From Occultella glacieicola (GTDB taxonomy: Bacteria; Actinomycetota; Actinomycetes; Actinomycetales; Beutenbergiaceae): a DNA stretch of 64,000 bases. Shown piece after piece: positions 29,384 to 39,794 of this stretch. The stretch covers positions 310,001 to 374,000 of the forward strand of contig NZ_SMNA01000001.1 of the NCBI RefSeq assembly GCF_004353825.1, read 5' to 3'. The notes beneath the pieces are model-generated. The model was not told where the DNA came from. It ran no database searches and saw only the letters and a program-made list of their open reading frames with translations. A program made the translations under genes and the position numbers. The first letter of the stretch is position 1. Every line of letters starts with the position of its first letter.

Positions 29384-29740
29384 ATGTCACCCTGGCTCGT
29401 CGCCCTGCTCGCGCTGGTGGCGCTCGCGGTGATGATCGAGGCGCTGTTGCGCACGGAACGGCGCCCGCGCGACCGCCGCGGTGAGGGCCACGGCGGTGGC
29501 ACGTTCGGGATCATCGACGAGGTGTTCGCCCCGACCCGGCACGAGGCGCTCCAGGAGTTGGCGCAGCAGCGCGAACTGCCGGCACCATCGCCGACGCCCG
29601 CCGACCCGCCGTGGGGGGCGTTCGTCTACGGCGACGACGGTGCGATCGTGGCGGTCGAGGTCACCGGCGACGACCGGTCCGCGGACCGGCGCGGCACCGG
29701 TCCGGACACCACGGACCGCAGCGGTATCCACGAGCGCTGA
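29384..29740 (+). CDS. Small hypothetical membrane protein (DUF6191-like)
   Basis: N-terminal TM, GGGTFGIIDEVFAP..E....ELPAPSPTPADP. Confidence 0.55.
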   Translation: MSPWLVALLALVALAVMIEALLRTERRPRDRRGEGHGGGTFGIIDEVFAPTRHEALQELAQQRELPAPSPTPADPPWGAFVYGDDGAIVAVEVTGDDRSADRRGTGPDTTDRSGIHER

Positions 29741-29773
29741 GCACGTGTCCGACCCCGCGGATATGGTTCCGGC

Positions 29774-32700
29774 GTGACCTTGTTCCTGCACCGCGCGGCC
29801 GCCACCGGCGCCCTGGCCGACGGGCTCGCCGACCTCCTTGCGGAGCCCCTGGCCGACCCGTTCGCGCAGGAGGTCGTCGCGGTGCCCGCCAGGGGCGTGG
29901 AGCGGTGGTTGGCGCAGCGGCTGTCCCACCGCCTCGGTGTCGGAACACGCGGAGGCGACGGCGTCTGCGCGGGCGTGCGATTCCTCAACCCGCACTCGCT
30001 CATCTCGCTGGTGCTCGGCATCGAGCGGGACGACCCCTGGCACCCGGACCAGCTCGCGTGGACCGTGCTGCGGGCCATCGACGAGTCCCTGCACGAACCC
30101 TGGGCGGGCCCGCTGGCGACCCACCTCGGGGCGGACGGCACCCTCGACGAGACCGAGCAGGACCTGCGTCGGGGACGCCGGTACGCCGTCGCCCGGCGGC
30201 TCGCGGGGCTCCTCTCCGGGTACGCCGTGCAGCGGCCCGCGATCGTCGCCGACTGGCGCACCGGTGGCGGTGGCGACGGGCTCGGCGAGCCACTGCCCGA
30301 AGACCTGGCCTGGCAGCCGCACCTGTGGCGGGCCGTCCTCGAACTCGTCGACGCACCGGCGCCGGACCTGCGCCACGCGGAGGTCGTGGCCGCGCTGCAG
30401 GCCGGCGGCGCGGACCTGGAACTACCGGGCCGCCTCTCGCTGTTCGGGCACACCCGGATCGCCACCAGCGAGGTCGAGGTCCTGGCCGCGCTCGCCGAGC
30501 ACCGGGACGTGCACCTCTGGCTGCCGCAGGCCTCGCCGGCCGCGTGGAAGTCGCTGCGGGCGGTCGTCTCGGCCGGACCCGCGCCGCGGATCGAGGACGC
30601 CTCGGTCGACCACATCGATCACCCCCTGCTCGCCTCGCTCGGCCGCGATGCACGCGAACTGCAGCGCACCCTGGCCACGGCGTCCGAGCAGGACGAACTG
30701 GAGGACGAACTGCTTCCCGACGGCGACGGGTCGCCCGGGCAGCCGCCCTCGCTGCTGCGGTGGTTGCAGCAGGACCTCAAGGCGGACCACGTCCCGACGG
30801 CAGCCGAGCGGGCCGCGCGGATCGTCGCGGCCGACGACGTGTCGGTCCAGATCCACGCCTGCCACGGGCGCGGACGCCAGATCCAGGTGCTGCGGGACGT
30901 GCTCACCGGCCTCCTCGAGGACCACCCGGAGCTCGAGCCGCGCGACATCCTCGTGATGTGCCCGGACATCGACGCCTACGCGCCGCTCGTGCACGCCGGC
31001 TTCGGGCTCGGCGAGGTGGTGCGTGCGGTGCGACCCGACGCGGACGACGCCGGTCACCCGGCCCACCGGCTGCGCGTCATGCTCGCCGACCGGGCGCCCG
31101 GCTACACCAACCCGCTGCTCGGCCTCGCCGCGCGCCTGGTCGAGCTGGCCGGCGGTCGGCTGACCGCCGGGGAGGTCCTCGACCTGGCCCGGTCGGCGCC
31201 GGTACGGCGCCGGTTCTCCCTCGACGACGACGACCTCGACCGGATCGCGGGCTGGGTCGAGGAGGTCGCGATCCGCTGGGGGCTGGACGCGAACCACCGG
31301 GCCACCTACCAGCTCGGCAACTTCACGCAGAACACCTGGCGGACCGGACTCGACCGGGTGCTCACCGGCGCCGCCCTCGACGGGCGGGACACCACCCACC
31401 TCGGGCAGACCGTGGCGTTGGACGACCTCGACAGCGGTGACATCGACCTCGCCGGCCGGCTCGCGGAACTGATCGACCGGATCGGCACCACGCTCGGTAC
31501 CCTGCATGAGTGCCGGGCCGCGGGGGACTGGACCCGCACGTTGCGCGAGGGCGTGCTCGGGCTCGCCGACGTGGCGCCGGCGGACGCCTGGCAGGCCACC
31601 CAGCTCGAACGGGAGCTCGCCCGGATCGAGTCCGCCGCCCGACGCGGCACATCCTCGACCGACCTCGCCCTCTCGGACGTGCACACGATGCTCGCCGAAC
31701 ACCTGGCCGGCCGGGCGACCCGGTCGAGCTTCCGGACCGGCACTCTCACCGTGTGCACCATGGTGCCGATGCGGTCGGTGCCACATCGGGTCGTCGCCCT
31801 GGTCGGCCTCGACGACGGCGTCTTTCCCCGCACCACCACGCCCGATGGGGACGACGCCCTGTCCCGGAGTCCGGTCACCGGTGAGCGGGACACCCGGGCC
31901 GAGGACCGGCAGCTCCTCCTCGATGCTGTCATGGCCGCCGAGAAGGCCCTCATCATCACCTACACCGGTGCCGACGAGCACACCGGTGCCGAACGCCCGC
32001 CCGCGGTGCCGCTCGGCGAGTTGCTCGATGCGCTCCACGGGACCGCCACGCGACCCGAGGAGATCCCGCTGGTGCGGCGGCACCCGCTGCAGCCCTACGA
32101 CGCGCGCAACCTCGGCGGGTCCACCGCCGGTGAGCCCGCGCTGCTCCCGGCGGGGCGGCCGTTCAGTTTCGACCCGAGCGCGCTCGCGGGCGCCAGAGCC
32201 CACCTGTCCCGTCCGGCTGGCGGCGGCGTCGCCGTGACGGACGTGACCGGCGTGCTGGTTCCCGAGCCGCTGCCGCCCCTGGGCGGCGAGGACGTCGACC
32301 TGGCGAACCTGCAGCGGTTCCTGGCCCAGCCGGCCCAGGCGTTCCTGCGTCAGCGGCTCGGCCTGATCCTGCCCGACGGCCCCGAGGCGGCGTCCGAGGG
32401 CATCCCGATCGACCTCGACGGCCTCGAGAAGTGGCAGATCGGCAACCGCATGCTCGACGCGGTCCTCGGCGGCACCCGCCTCGACCAGGCCCGCCGGGAG
32501 GAACACTGGCGCGGCAGCGCGCCTCCGGGTGAGCTCGGCAATGCCCTGCTGGCCGACGTCGCCGCGAACGTCGACGGCATCGCCCGCGAGACCCTCGCCC
32601 GCCGCGACGGGCCGGCCACGGGCACGGACATCGACATCGAACTCCCGGACGGTCGCCGGCTCACCGGCACGGTCGCGGACCTGTACGGCACTCCGATGCG

Positions 32701-33253
32701 GGCGATCACCTCGACGTACTCCTCGATCCGCGCGAAGCAGCGCCTTCGGTCCTGGGTCACCGCACTCGTGCTCTCCGCGGCTGGTCATGCCGGCGCGACC
32801 AGCCACGTCCTCGGCCAGTTGAGGCTGGGCCGGCGCTCCTACGTCGGGCACTACGAACACGGGCCGGTGGACCAGCAGGTGGCGCTCGCGATCCTGGTCC
32901 AGCTGGTCGACCTCTACGACCGCGGCATGGCCGAGCCGCTGCCGCTGCCGATCCAGACCGCGAACGCGTTCGCCCAGACCTTCCGGGCGCAGGGGGGCGA
33001 CGAGGGCGCCGCCATGGAGGCGGCCGAGAAGAAGTGGAAGACGGTCTCGGGCTGGTACACGAGCGTCGGGGAGCAGGACGATCCTGCCTTCGTCCGGGTC
33101 TTCGGTCCGGACGCCGGCCTCTGGGACGTCGCCGGGGAACCCCGCGAGGACGAACACTGGCGCACGGGGGTCGGAACCAGATTCGGCCAGCTCGCACTGC
33201 AGCTCTGGGAGCCCGTTCTGGTCCTCGGCGCCGAGAGCGAGGAGCGGTTGTGA
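29774..33253 (+). CDS. recC: Exodeoxyribonuclease V gamma subunit
   Basis: DPFAQEVVAVP..GVERWL, IHACHG, RDILVMCPDI..YAP, CTMVPMRSVPHRVV, HPLQPYD. Confidence 0.95.
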   Translation: MTLFLHRAAATGALADGLADLLAEPLADPFAQEVVAVPARGVERWLAQRLSHRLGVGTRGGDGVCAGVRFLNPHSLISLVLGIERDDPWHPDQLAWTVLRAIDESLHEPWAGPLATHLGADGTLDETEQDLRRGRRYAVARRLAGLLSGYAVQRPAIVADWRTGGGGDGLGEPLPEDLAWQPHLWRAVLELVDAPAPDLRHAEVVAALQAGGADLELPGRLSLFGHTRIATSEVEVLAALAEHRDVHLWLPQASPAAWKSLRAVVSAGPAPRIEDASVDHIDHPLLASLGRDARELQRTLATASEQDELEDELLPDGDGSPGQPPSLLRWLQQDLKADHVPTAAERAARIVAADDVSVQIHACHGRGRQIQVLRDVLTGLLEDHPELEPRDILVMCPDIDAYAPLVHAGFGLGEVVRAVRPDADDAGHPAHRLRVMLADRAPGYTNPLLGLAARLVELAGGRLTAGEVLDLARSAPVRRRFSLDDDDLDRIAGWVEEVAIRWGLDANHRATYQLGNFTQNTWRTGLDRVLTGAALDGRDTTHLGQTVALDDLDSGDIDLAGRLAELIDRIGTTLGTLHECRAAGDWTRTLREGVLGLADVAPADAWQATQLERELARIESAARRGTSSTDLALSDVHTMLAEHLAGRATRSSFRTGTLTVCTMVPMRSVPHRVVALVGLDDGVFPRTTTPDGDDALSRSPVTGERDTRAEDRQLLLDAVMAAEKALIITYTGADEHTGAERPPAVPLGELLDALHGTATRPEEIPLVRRHPLQPYDARNLGGSTAGEPALLPAGRPFSFDPSALAGARAHLSRPAGGGVAVTDVTGVLVPEPLPPLGGEDVDLANLQRFLAQPAQAFLRQRLGLILPDGPEAASEGIPIDLDGLEKWQIGNRMLDAVLGGTRLDQARREEHWRGSAPPGELGNALLADVAANVDGIARETLARRDGPATGTDIDIELPDGRRLTGTVADLYGTPMRAITSTYSSIRAKQRLRSWVTALVLSAAGHAGATSHVLGQLRLGRRSYVGHYEHGPVDQQVALAILVQLVDLYDRGMAEPLPLPIQTANAFAQTFRAQGGDEGAAMEAAEKKWKTVSGWYTSVGEQDDPAFVRVFGPDAGLWDVAGEPREDEHWRTGVGTRFGQLALQLWEPVLVLGAESEERL

Positions 33254-36200
33254 TCTCCCAGGACTTCTCCATCACGGACCCGCTGCCGTCCGGCACCGTG
33301 CTGCTCGAAGCCTCGGCCGGCACGGGCAAGACCTGGACCATCGCGGCGCTCGTGGCCCGCTACGTCGCCGAGGGCCGCGCCCAGCTCACGGAGATGCTCA
33401 TCATCACCTTCGGCCGGGCCGCGAGCCAGGAACTGCGGGCCCGGGTGCGCGAGCAGCTCGTCCAGGTCGAGCGGGCGCTGCAGCATCCGCAGCCCGCTGC
33501 CGGCGCCCCGGGCCCGCTGATCGACCTCCTGCTCGACGTCGATGAGGCCGAGCGGGACCGAAGGCTCGGCCGGGTCCGCCGGGCGCTCACGTCCTTCGAC
33601 GAGGCCACGATCGCCACCACCCACCAGTTCTGCCACCAGGTGCTGCGCTCCCTCGGCGTGGCCGGGACCTCCGACGCGTCCGCGCAACTGGTCGAGGACC
33701 TCGACGAGTTGCTCGTGGAGGTGGTCGACGACCTCTACCTGCGCGGCTTCGTCGGTTCGCGGCAGGCGCCGTTCTTCAGTCGGCGGCAGGCCCTGGATAT
33801 CGCCCGGGCGGTCGTCGACGACGTCCACGCCGAGTTGCGTCCCGACCCGGACACCGGCGACCGGCGCAGTGAGCCGGTGCGACGGGCGCGGTTCGCCCAG
33901 GCCGTCCGCGCCGAGCTCGAACGCCGCAAGCGTCGGCTCCAGGTGATGCACTACAACGACCTGCTCACCCAGCTCGCCGGAGCCCTCGCCGTTCCGGACT
34001 CCCTCGCGGCGCAGCGGATGCGTACCCGCTGGAAGGTCGTGCTGGTCGACGAGTTCCAGGACACCGACCCGATCCAGTGGCAGGTCCTCGAGCGCGCCTT
34101 CGCGGGCCACGCCACCATGGTTCTCATCGGCGACCCGAAGCAGGCGATCTACGCCTTCCGCGGCGGGGACGTCGTCACCTACCTCAAGGCGGCGGCACAC
34201 GCGCAGGACAGGCGCACGCTACCGACCAATCACCGCAGCGACGCGCCGGTCGTCGACGCACTCCAGGGCATGCTCCGGGGTGCGGCGCTCGGCGACACCG
34301 AGATCGCCGTGGTTCCGGTCCGGGCCCGGAGGCAGGGTTCGCGGCTGCACGGACTGCCGCGCCCGGGACCCGTGCGGCTCAGGCAGGTCCTCAGGAAGCA
34401 GCACCTGGGTGGCAGCGCCGCCATCGGCGCCACCCGTGACCACATCTCCCGGGACCTGGCCCTCGACATCGCCGAGCTGCTCGCGTCGGGTGCCACCTTC
34501 GACGACGCTCCTGACCTCGACGGTGACCCGCTGCCGCCGCGTCCGATCCAGGCTCGCGACATCGCCGTCCTGGCCCACACGAACCGGGACCTGCTCGCCG
34601 CCCAGAAGGAGTTGCGGCGGCTCGGCATCCACGCGGTCAGCGCCGGGGGCGGCAGCGTCCTGCGTAGCCGTGCGGCGCACGACTGGCTCGCCCTGCTCGA
34701 GGCGATGGCCGCCCCACACCGGGCCACGCTGACCCGTGCCTCAGCTCTGACCGACCTGGGCGGGATGACCGCCGTCGCCCTGGACGCGGGCGGCGACGAC
34801 CTCGACGACGAGCTGTCCGCGCGGCACCGGCGCCTCGCCGACGTCTACGACCGGCAGGGCGCCGCGGCGGTCCTCGAGGCCGTGGGGATCGAGGGTCTGT
34901 CCGCTCGGACCCTTGCTCACGTGGGTGGGGAGCGCACCCTCACCGACCTGCAACATGTCGGGGAACTCCTGCACGAGACCAGCCAGCAACCCGGCGGTGG
35001 CCGGCTGGGGCTCGCCGGTCTGATCGAGTGGCTCCGGGCGCAGATGGCCGACGACGCCGTGCAGGCCTCCGGGGCCCGGACCCGGCGCCTCGACTCCGAC
35101 GCAGCGGCCGTACAGCTCGTCACCATCCACTCGAGCAAGGGGCTGCAGTACCCGATCGTCTACTGCCCCGCCCTCTTCGACCGCCACGTGGCCAAGACGC
35201 CGGACATCCCGCAGTTCCACGAGGCGGACGGGGCGCGCACCCGGTGCCGCGACGTGGGTGGTGAGACCGACAACCAGGGCTGGTCGGACTCCGTCGCCCG
35301 GCACAAGGCCGAGGAGGCAGGGGAGGCGCTCCGGTTGCTCTACGTCGCGGTGACCCGGGCCCAGTCCCAGGTGGTGATGTGGTGGTCACCCACCAACAAC
35401 ACGCCGAACTCGGCCCTGCACCGCCTGTTGTTCGGACGGGATCCCGACGGCGTCGCCGTGGTCCCGGACGCGGTCCCCACGCCCCGCTCCGATGACCTCG
35501 CCACCGCGAAACTGCGCGCCTGGGCCGACCACGGGGCGTTCGCGCTCGAGGCCGCCGACCACGCCGCGGTCGTCCCCGCGCCCCCGGCCGCGCCGGTGCC
35601 GGAGCTCTCGATCCGTGGGCTCGACCGGGCGATCGACACCGGCTGGCGGCGGACCTCCTACACCGCGCTCAGCACCCCGAAGGGTGCCGACGGACCCGAA
35701 CCCGGCGGTGTGGGCAGCGAGCCCGACCTCACCCCACGTGACGACGAGCCGGACACCCCGCAGCCGGTCCTGACGGCCGAGCCGACCCTGCCCGGGCTCG
35801 ACACCCTGATCCCCGGGGCGGACGTGCCCTCCCCGATGGCGCACCTCCCGGTCGGTGCGACCTTCGGCTCCCTGGTACACGGTGTGCTCGAACACGCCGA
35901 CCCACAGGCTCGGGACCTGCGTGCCGAACTGCTGGGGCAGATCCGGGAGCAGCTGGTGTGGTGGCCGGTGGACCTGGAGCCCGAGGACCTGGCCGATGCG
36001 CTGGTCGCGGTCTGCGACAGTCCCCTCGGGCCACTCGCTCCCGGGCTCACCCTGCGCGACATCGGCAGCCGGGACCGCCTCTGCGAACTGGACTTCGAGT
36101 TGCCGCTGGGCGGCGGGGACGTCCGGGGCGTCGGGCCCCGGGGTCGGTTGGGCGACCTCGCGCCGTTGCTGCGCCGGCACCTGAAGGCAGGCGACCCGGT

Positions 36201-36675
36201 CCGGGACTGGGCGGACGTCCTCGACTCCCAGCCGATGCTGGCCCAGCAGGAACTGAGCGGCTACCTGACCGGGTCGGTCGACGTCGTGCTCCGCACGAGC
36301 GGAACGGCCGGCACCTACCTGGTGGTGGACTACAAGACGAACTGGCTCGGCCCGTTCAACGACCCGGAGCAGCCGCTCACCGCGGCGGCCTACCGCCCCG
36401 AGGCGCTGGCGGAGGCGATGGGGCACTCGTCCTACCCGCTGCAGGCCCTCCTGTACGCCGTGGTCGCGCATCGGTTCCTGCGCTGGCGGTTGCGCGACTA
36501 CGACCCCCGCAAGCACCTCGGCGGCGTCCTCTACCTGTACGTGCGGGGCATGTGTGGACCGCAGACGCCGGTCATCGACTCCGAACCGTGCGGGGTCTTC
36601 TCCTGGCGACCGCCGGTCGCGCTCGTGCAGGACGTCTCCGACCTGCTCGACGGCCTCTCGGAAGGTGCGGCATGA
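33250..36675 (+). CDS. recB: Exodeoxyribonuclease V beta subunit
   Basis: LEASAGTGKT, VDEFQDTD, GDPKQAIYAFRG, TIHSSKGLQY, nuclease G.VD...VVDYKTN; GTGA overlap with recC. Confidence 0.95.
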   Translation: MISQDFSITDPLPSGTVLLEASAGTGKTWTIAALVARYVAEGRAQLTEMLIITFGRAASQELRARVREQLVQVERALQHPQPAAGAPGPLIDLLLDVDEAERDRRLGRVRRALTSFDEATIATTHQFCHQVLRSLGVAGTSDASAQLVEDLDELLVEVVDDLYLRGFVGSRQAPFFSRRQALDIARAVVDDVHAELRPDPDTGDRRSEPVRRARFAQAVRAELERRKRRLQVMHYNDLLTQLAGALAVPDSLAAQRMRTRWKVVLVDEFQDTDPIQWQVLERAFAGHATMVLIGDPKQAIYAFRGGDVVTYLKAAAHAQDRRTLPTNHRSDAPVVDALQGMLRGAALGDTEIAVVPVRARRQGSRLHGLPRPGPVRLRQVLRKQHLGGSAAIGATRDHISRDLALDIAELLASGATFDDAPDLDGDPLPPRPIQARDIAVLAHTNRDLLAAQKELRRLGIHAVSAGGGSVLRSRAAHDWLALLEAMAAPHRATLTRASALTDLGGMTAVALDAGGDDLDDELSARHRRLADVYDRQGAAAVLEAVGIEGLSARTLAHVGGERTLTDLQHVGELLHETSQQPGGGRLGLAGLIEWLRAQMADDAVQASGARTRRLDSDAAAVQLVTIHSSKGLQYPIVYCPALFDRHVAKTPDIPQFHEADGARTRCRDVGGETDNQGWSDSVARHKAEEAGEALRLLYVAVTRAQSQVVMWWSPTNNTPNSALHRLLFGRDPDGVAVVPDAVPTPRSDDLATAKLRAWADHGAFALEAADHAAVVPAPPAAPVPELSIRGLDRAIDTGWRRTSYTALSTPKGADGPEPGGVGSEPDLTPRDDEPDTPQPVLTAEPTLPGLDTLIPGADVPSPMAHLPVGATFGSLVHGVLEHADPQARDLRAELLGQIREQLVWWPVDLEPEDLADALVAVCDSPLGPLAPGLTLRDIGSRDRLCELDFELPLGGGDVRGVGPRGRLGDLAPLLRRHLKAGDPVRDWADVLDSQPMLAQQELSGYLTGSVDVVLRTSGTAGTYLVVDYKTNWLGPFNDPEQPLTAAAYRPEALAEAMGHSSYPLQALLYAVVAHRFLRWRLRDYDPRKHLGGVLYLYVRGMCGPQTPVIDSEPCGVFSWRPPVALVQDVSDLLDGLSEGAA

Positions 36676-38528
36676 CCGAGACCACGACGGCACCGCCGCT
36701 CGAGCTCTTCGAACCCACCGACGAGCGTGACCGCCGGCTCGCCCGGGACGCGACCGGACTCCTGGGGGCGCTGAACGCGGCGGGCCTGCTGACCGCGCCG
36801 GATCTGCACGTGGCCAGGACCCTCGGCCGAGCCGCCGGTGGCATCGAGGTGACGTCCGCGGACGCGGCCCTGGTTGCGGCCGCGCTGGCGACCCGCGCCG
36901 TCCGCACCGGATCCGTGGCCGTGGACCTCGCCCAGCTCGACGCGGCGCTGCGCGCCCTCGAGAACCCGCCGGTCCTGCCGTGGGCAAATCCCGACGAGTG
37001 GCTCGAGCAGCTACGGGACAGTTCGCTCGTCCGCAAGGGCGCGCTGGTGCTCGAGCACGGGCTGGTCTACCTGCAGCGCTACCACCATCAGGAGGTCCAG
37101 GTCGTCGCCGACCTGATGGCGCGGGCTGCGCAGCCGGCGCCGGTCGTCGACGCCGACCTGCTCCAGGCGGGCCTGTCCCGGGTGTTCGGGGACGGCTGGG
37201 AGGAACAGCGGGACGCGGCCCGGGTGGCCATCGGCTCCTGGACCAGTGTCCTCACCGGTGGCCCGGGCACGGGCAAGACCAGCACGGTGGCCGGGGTGCT
37301 CGCCCTGCTGGCCGAGCAGGCCGAGCCGGGGCGGCCGCTACGGGTCGGGTTGGCCGCCCCGACCGGCAAGGCCGCCGCGCGCATGCAGGAGGCGGTCACG
37401 GACGCGCTCGAGCAGATCCTGGCGCGCACCGACGAGCCCGTCACCCGGGCGCTGCTCGAGCCGCTGGCGGGCGTGCGAGCGGTCACCCTGCACCGGCTAC
37501 TCGGCAGGCGGCCGGACTCCTCGACCCGGTTCCGTCACGACCGCGACCACCACCTGCCCCACGACGTGGTGCTCGTCGACGAGACGTCGATGGTCTCGCT
37601 GACCCACATGGCCAGGCTGCTCGAGGCCCTGCGCCCGACGACCCGGCTGATCCTGGTCGGCGACCCTGACCAGCTCGTCTCGGTCGATGCCGGCGCGGTC
37701 CTCGCGGACCTCGTCGCCGGCGCCGAGGAGGCCGCCGGGCCCGACCCGGGCCCGGTCGCCGTCGTCCGCTTGCTTACGCCACACCGCTTCGGCCGGACCA
37801 TCGGCGCCCTGGCGGACGCCGTGCGCCTGGGCGACGGGGACGCCGTCGTCGACGCCCTCCGTGCGGGCGGCCACGACTCCGGGGTGATCTGGGTCGAGGA
37901 TCCCGACCCGACCCGGGCCCTGCGGCCGATCCTGACCGACCACGCCCTCGCCGTCTACCGGGCCGCCCAGGCCGGTCGCGCCGACGACGCCCTTGACCTG
38001 CTCGGAAGGCGCCGGCTCCTGTGTGGCCACCGCGAGGGACCGTGGGGCGTGCGCACCTGGAACCGCCACGTCGAGGACTGGCTCACCGAGGACACCGGGG
38101 ACGTGCTCTACGACCCCATGTACGTCGGCCGTCCGCTGCTCGTCACCGCCAACGACTACGCGACGGGCGTCCTCAACGGGGACACCGGCGTGGTCGTCGC
38201 GACCCGGCGCGCGGACGGTACCCGCGGCCGGGTCGCCGTGATCCGGGGCAGTGCGGGCGACCAGCCGTTCGGTCCGAGCCGCCTCGGCGACGTCGACACG
38301 ATGCACGCCATGACGATCCACAAGGCGCAGGGCAGCCAGGCCGAGGAGATCACCGTGCTGCTCCCACCGGAGGACTCGCCGCTGCTGACCCGGGAGCTGT
38401 TCTACACGGCGATCACCCGGGCCGAGCGCACCGTGCGGGTGGTCGGCAGCGAGGCGGCCGTCCGAGCCGCGATCACACGCCGGGTCCAGCGCGCCAGCGG
38501 CCTGCGGCAGCGGCTCGCGACCGGCTGA
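36672..38528 (+). CDS. recD: Exodeoxyribonuclease V alpha subunit
   Basis: TGGPGTGKT, APTGKAA, VDETSM, GDPDQL, AMTIHKAQGSQ, RELFYTAITRA; ATGA overlap with recB. Confidence 0.95.
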   Translation: MTETTTAPPLELFEPTDERDRRLARDATGLLGALNAAGLLTAPDLHVARTLGRAAGGIEVTSADAALVAAALATRAVRTGSVAVDLAQLDAALRALENPPVLPWANPDEWLEQLRDSSLVRKGALVLEHGLVYLQRYHHQEVQVVADLMARAAQPAPVVDADLLQAGLSRVFGDGWEEQRDAARVAIGSWTSVLTGGPGTGKTSTVAGVLALLAEQAEPGRPLRVGLAAPTGKAAARMQEAVTDALEQILARTDEPVTRALLEPLAGVRAVTLHRLLGRRPDSSTRFRHDRDHHLPHDVVLVDETSMVSLTHMARLLEALRPTTRLILVGDPDQLVSVDAGAVLADLVAGAEEAAGPDPGPVAVVRLLTPHRFGRTIGALADAVRLGDGDAVVDALRAGGHDSGVIWVEDPDPTRALRPILTDHALAVYRAAQAGRADDALDLLGRRRLLCGHREGPWGVRTWNRHVEDWLTEDTGDVLYDPMYVGRPLLVTANDYATGVLNGDTGVVVATRRADGTRGRVAVIRGSAGDQPFGPSRLGDVDTMHAMTIHKAQGSQAEEITVLLPPEDSPLLTRELFYTAITRAERTVRVVGSEAAVRAAITRRVQRASGLRQRLATG

Positions 38529-38529
38529 G

Positions 38530-39138
38530 TCAGACCGGCGGGCCCAAGGTGCGGCCCAGCGCCTCCAGCACCCGGTCCAACCCGGCCCGGCGCGAGTTCG
38601 CTTGGGTGGCGTACAGATGTCCGGCGGCGAGGGTCATCCACAGGTACAGCTCCACCCAGACCGGGTCCAGCCCCGGGTCGATCGAACCGTCGGACTGCCC
38701 GCGCCGGACCGTACGGGTCACGGGCTCGCGCGGCAGGGTGTCGCCGCCGGCGGCGACGGACACGGATGGATCGGCCAGGGCCTCGTCGGTGATCAGCGGG
38801 TTGTCGGCGAAGAGCAGGGACAGCACCGGGCCGAGCTCGAACAGGTGCTCACAGAGGCGCTCCAACGCGCTCAGACCGGTGCCCGCGCTCAGGTCGGCGG
38901 CGACGTGCGCGGCGATGATGCGTCGCGCCCCCTCCGCCTGCACCCGGGCGAGCAGCGAGGCGCGGTCGGAGAAGTGCCGGTACAGGGACGTCCTGCCGAC
39001 GCCGAGACGGCGTGCCACCTCGCTGAGCGAGGCGGAGGGGTCGGCCGCGAGGATCTCGATCGCGCCGTCGATCATCGCCTGCCGCGAGAGCGCACCGACG
39101 CCCTGGGCCGGGTGGTCGGCATCGCGCGTCCTGGTCAC
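38530..39138 (-). CDS. TetR/AcrR family regulator
   Basis: ASLSEVARRLGVGRTSLYRHF. Confidence 0.88.
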   Translation of the reverse strand: MTRTRDADHPAQGVGALSRQAMIDGAIEILAADPSASLSEVARRLGVGRTSLYRHFSDRASLLARVQAEGARRIIAAHVAADLSAGTGLSALERLCEHLFELGPVLSLLFADNPLITDEALADPSVSVAAGGDTLPREPVTRTVRRGQSDGSIDPGLDPVWVELYLWMTLAAGHLYATQANSRRAGLDRVLEALGRTLGPPV

Positions 39139-39140
39139 CT

Positions 39141-39181
39141 GTGGAACTCTACCGTACCGGGCTGGTACAGTGCTGTTCCAC
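39141..39181. promoter_or_regulatory. Paired inverted operator sites between divergent tetR and membrane gene
   Basis: GTGGAACTCTACCGTACC-N5-GGTACAGTGCTGTTCCAC (14/18 inverted match). Confidence 0.65.
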
Positions 39182-39197
39182 CACGTGGGAGGGGATC

Positions 39198-39788
39198 ATG
39201 GCACGGGACTTCAACGCAATGGACGACTACCACCGACGTCTCGCGGAAGGCGCCGCCGAGGCACCGGAGCCGAGCGCCGCCGTCGGGCCCCGACCGCCGT
39301 CGAGCGACGAGCCGGCCACCGTGCTCGCGATGGGCACACAGGACAAGTGGCTGGTCGCGGTGATCGGCGCCGCGCTCGGGGTCGGCGTGGGCTTCCTGCT
39401 GCCCTGGCTGGGCACGGTCGCCGCCCGGTACCCGATCCCGTTCGCCGGGCCGATCGAACACCTCAGCTCCTTCGAGGCGCCGGAGCTGATGGTGCTGCGT
39501 CCGGTCATCGGTGCCTTGGTCGGTCTCGTCGTGGCCGCGGTCGTGATCTCCGGGAGTCCTCGCATCACCGTCTCCGGCGCCGAGATCCGGATCGTCAAGG
39601 GGGACGACGAGCGCCGCATCGAGCGGGCCCAGGTGGCCGGCGTGTACCGGGAGGGCAGCGCGCTGATGATCGACTCCGTCGAGGGCCGGCAGCTGTACAA
39701 GGGCGACGTCGAGGCGCCGCGGGTGAAGGTCCGGGATGCGTTCGTCGCCCACGGCTACCCGTGGGAGATGGTGGACGCCAAGGGCTGA
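39198..39788 (+). CDS. YqeB-like membrane protein with C-terminal PH-like domain
   Basis: 2 TM, PIPFAGP, VAGVYREG..L..D..GRQL, AFVAHGYPW. Confidence 0.65.
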   Translation: MARDFNAMDDYHRRLAEGAAEAPEPSAAVGPRPPSSDEPATVLAMGTQDKWLVAVIGAALGVGVGFLLPWLGTVAARYPIPFAGPIEHLSSFEAPELMVLRPVIGALVGLVVAAVVISGSPRITVSGAEIRIVKGDDERRIERAQVAGVYREGSALMIDSVEGRQLYKGDVEAPRVKVRDAFVAHGYPWEMVDAKG

Positions 39789-39794
39789 GTCACC

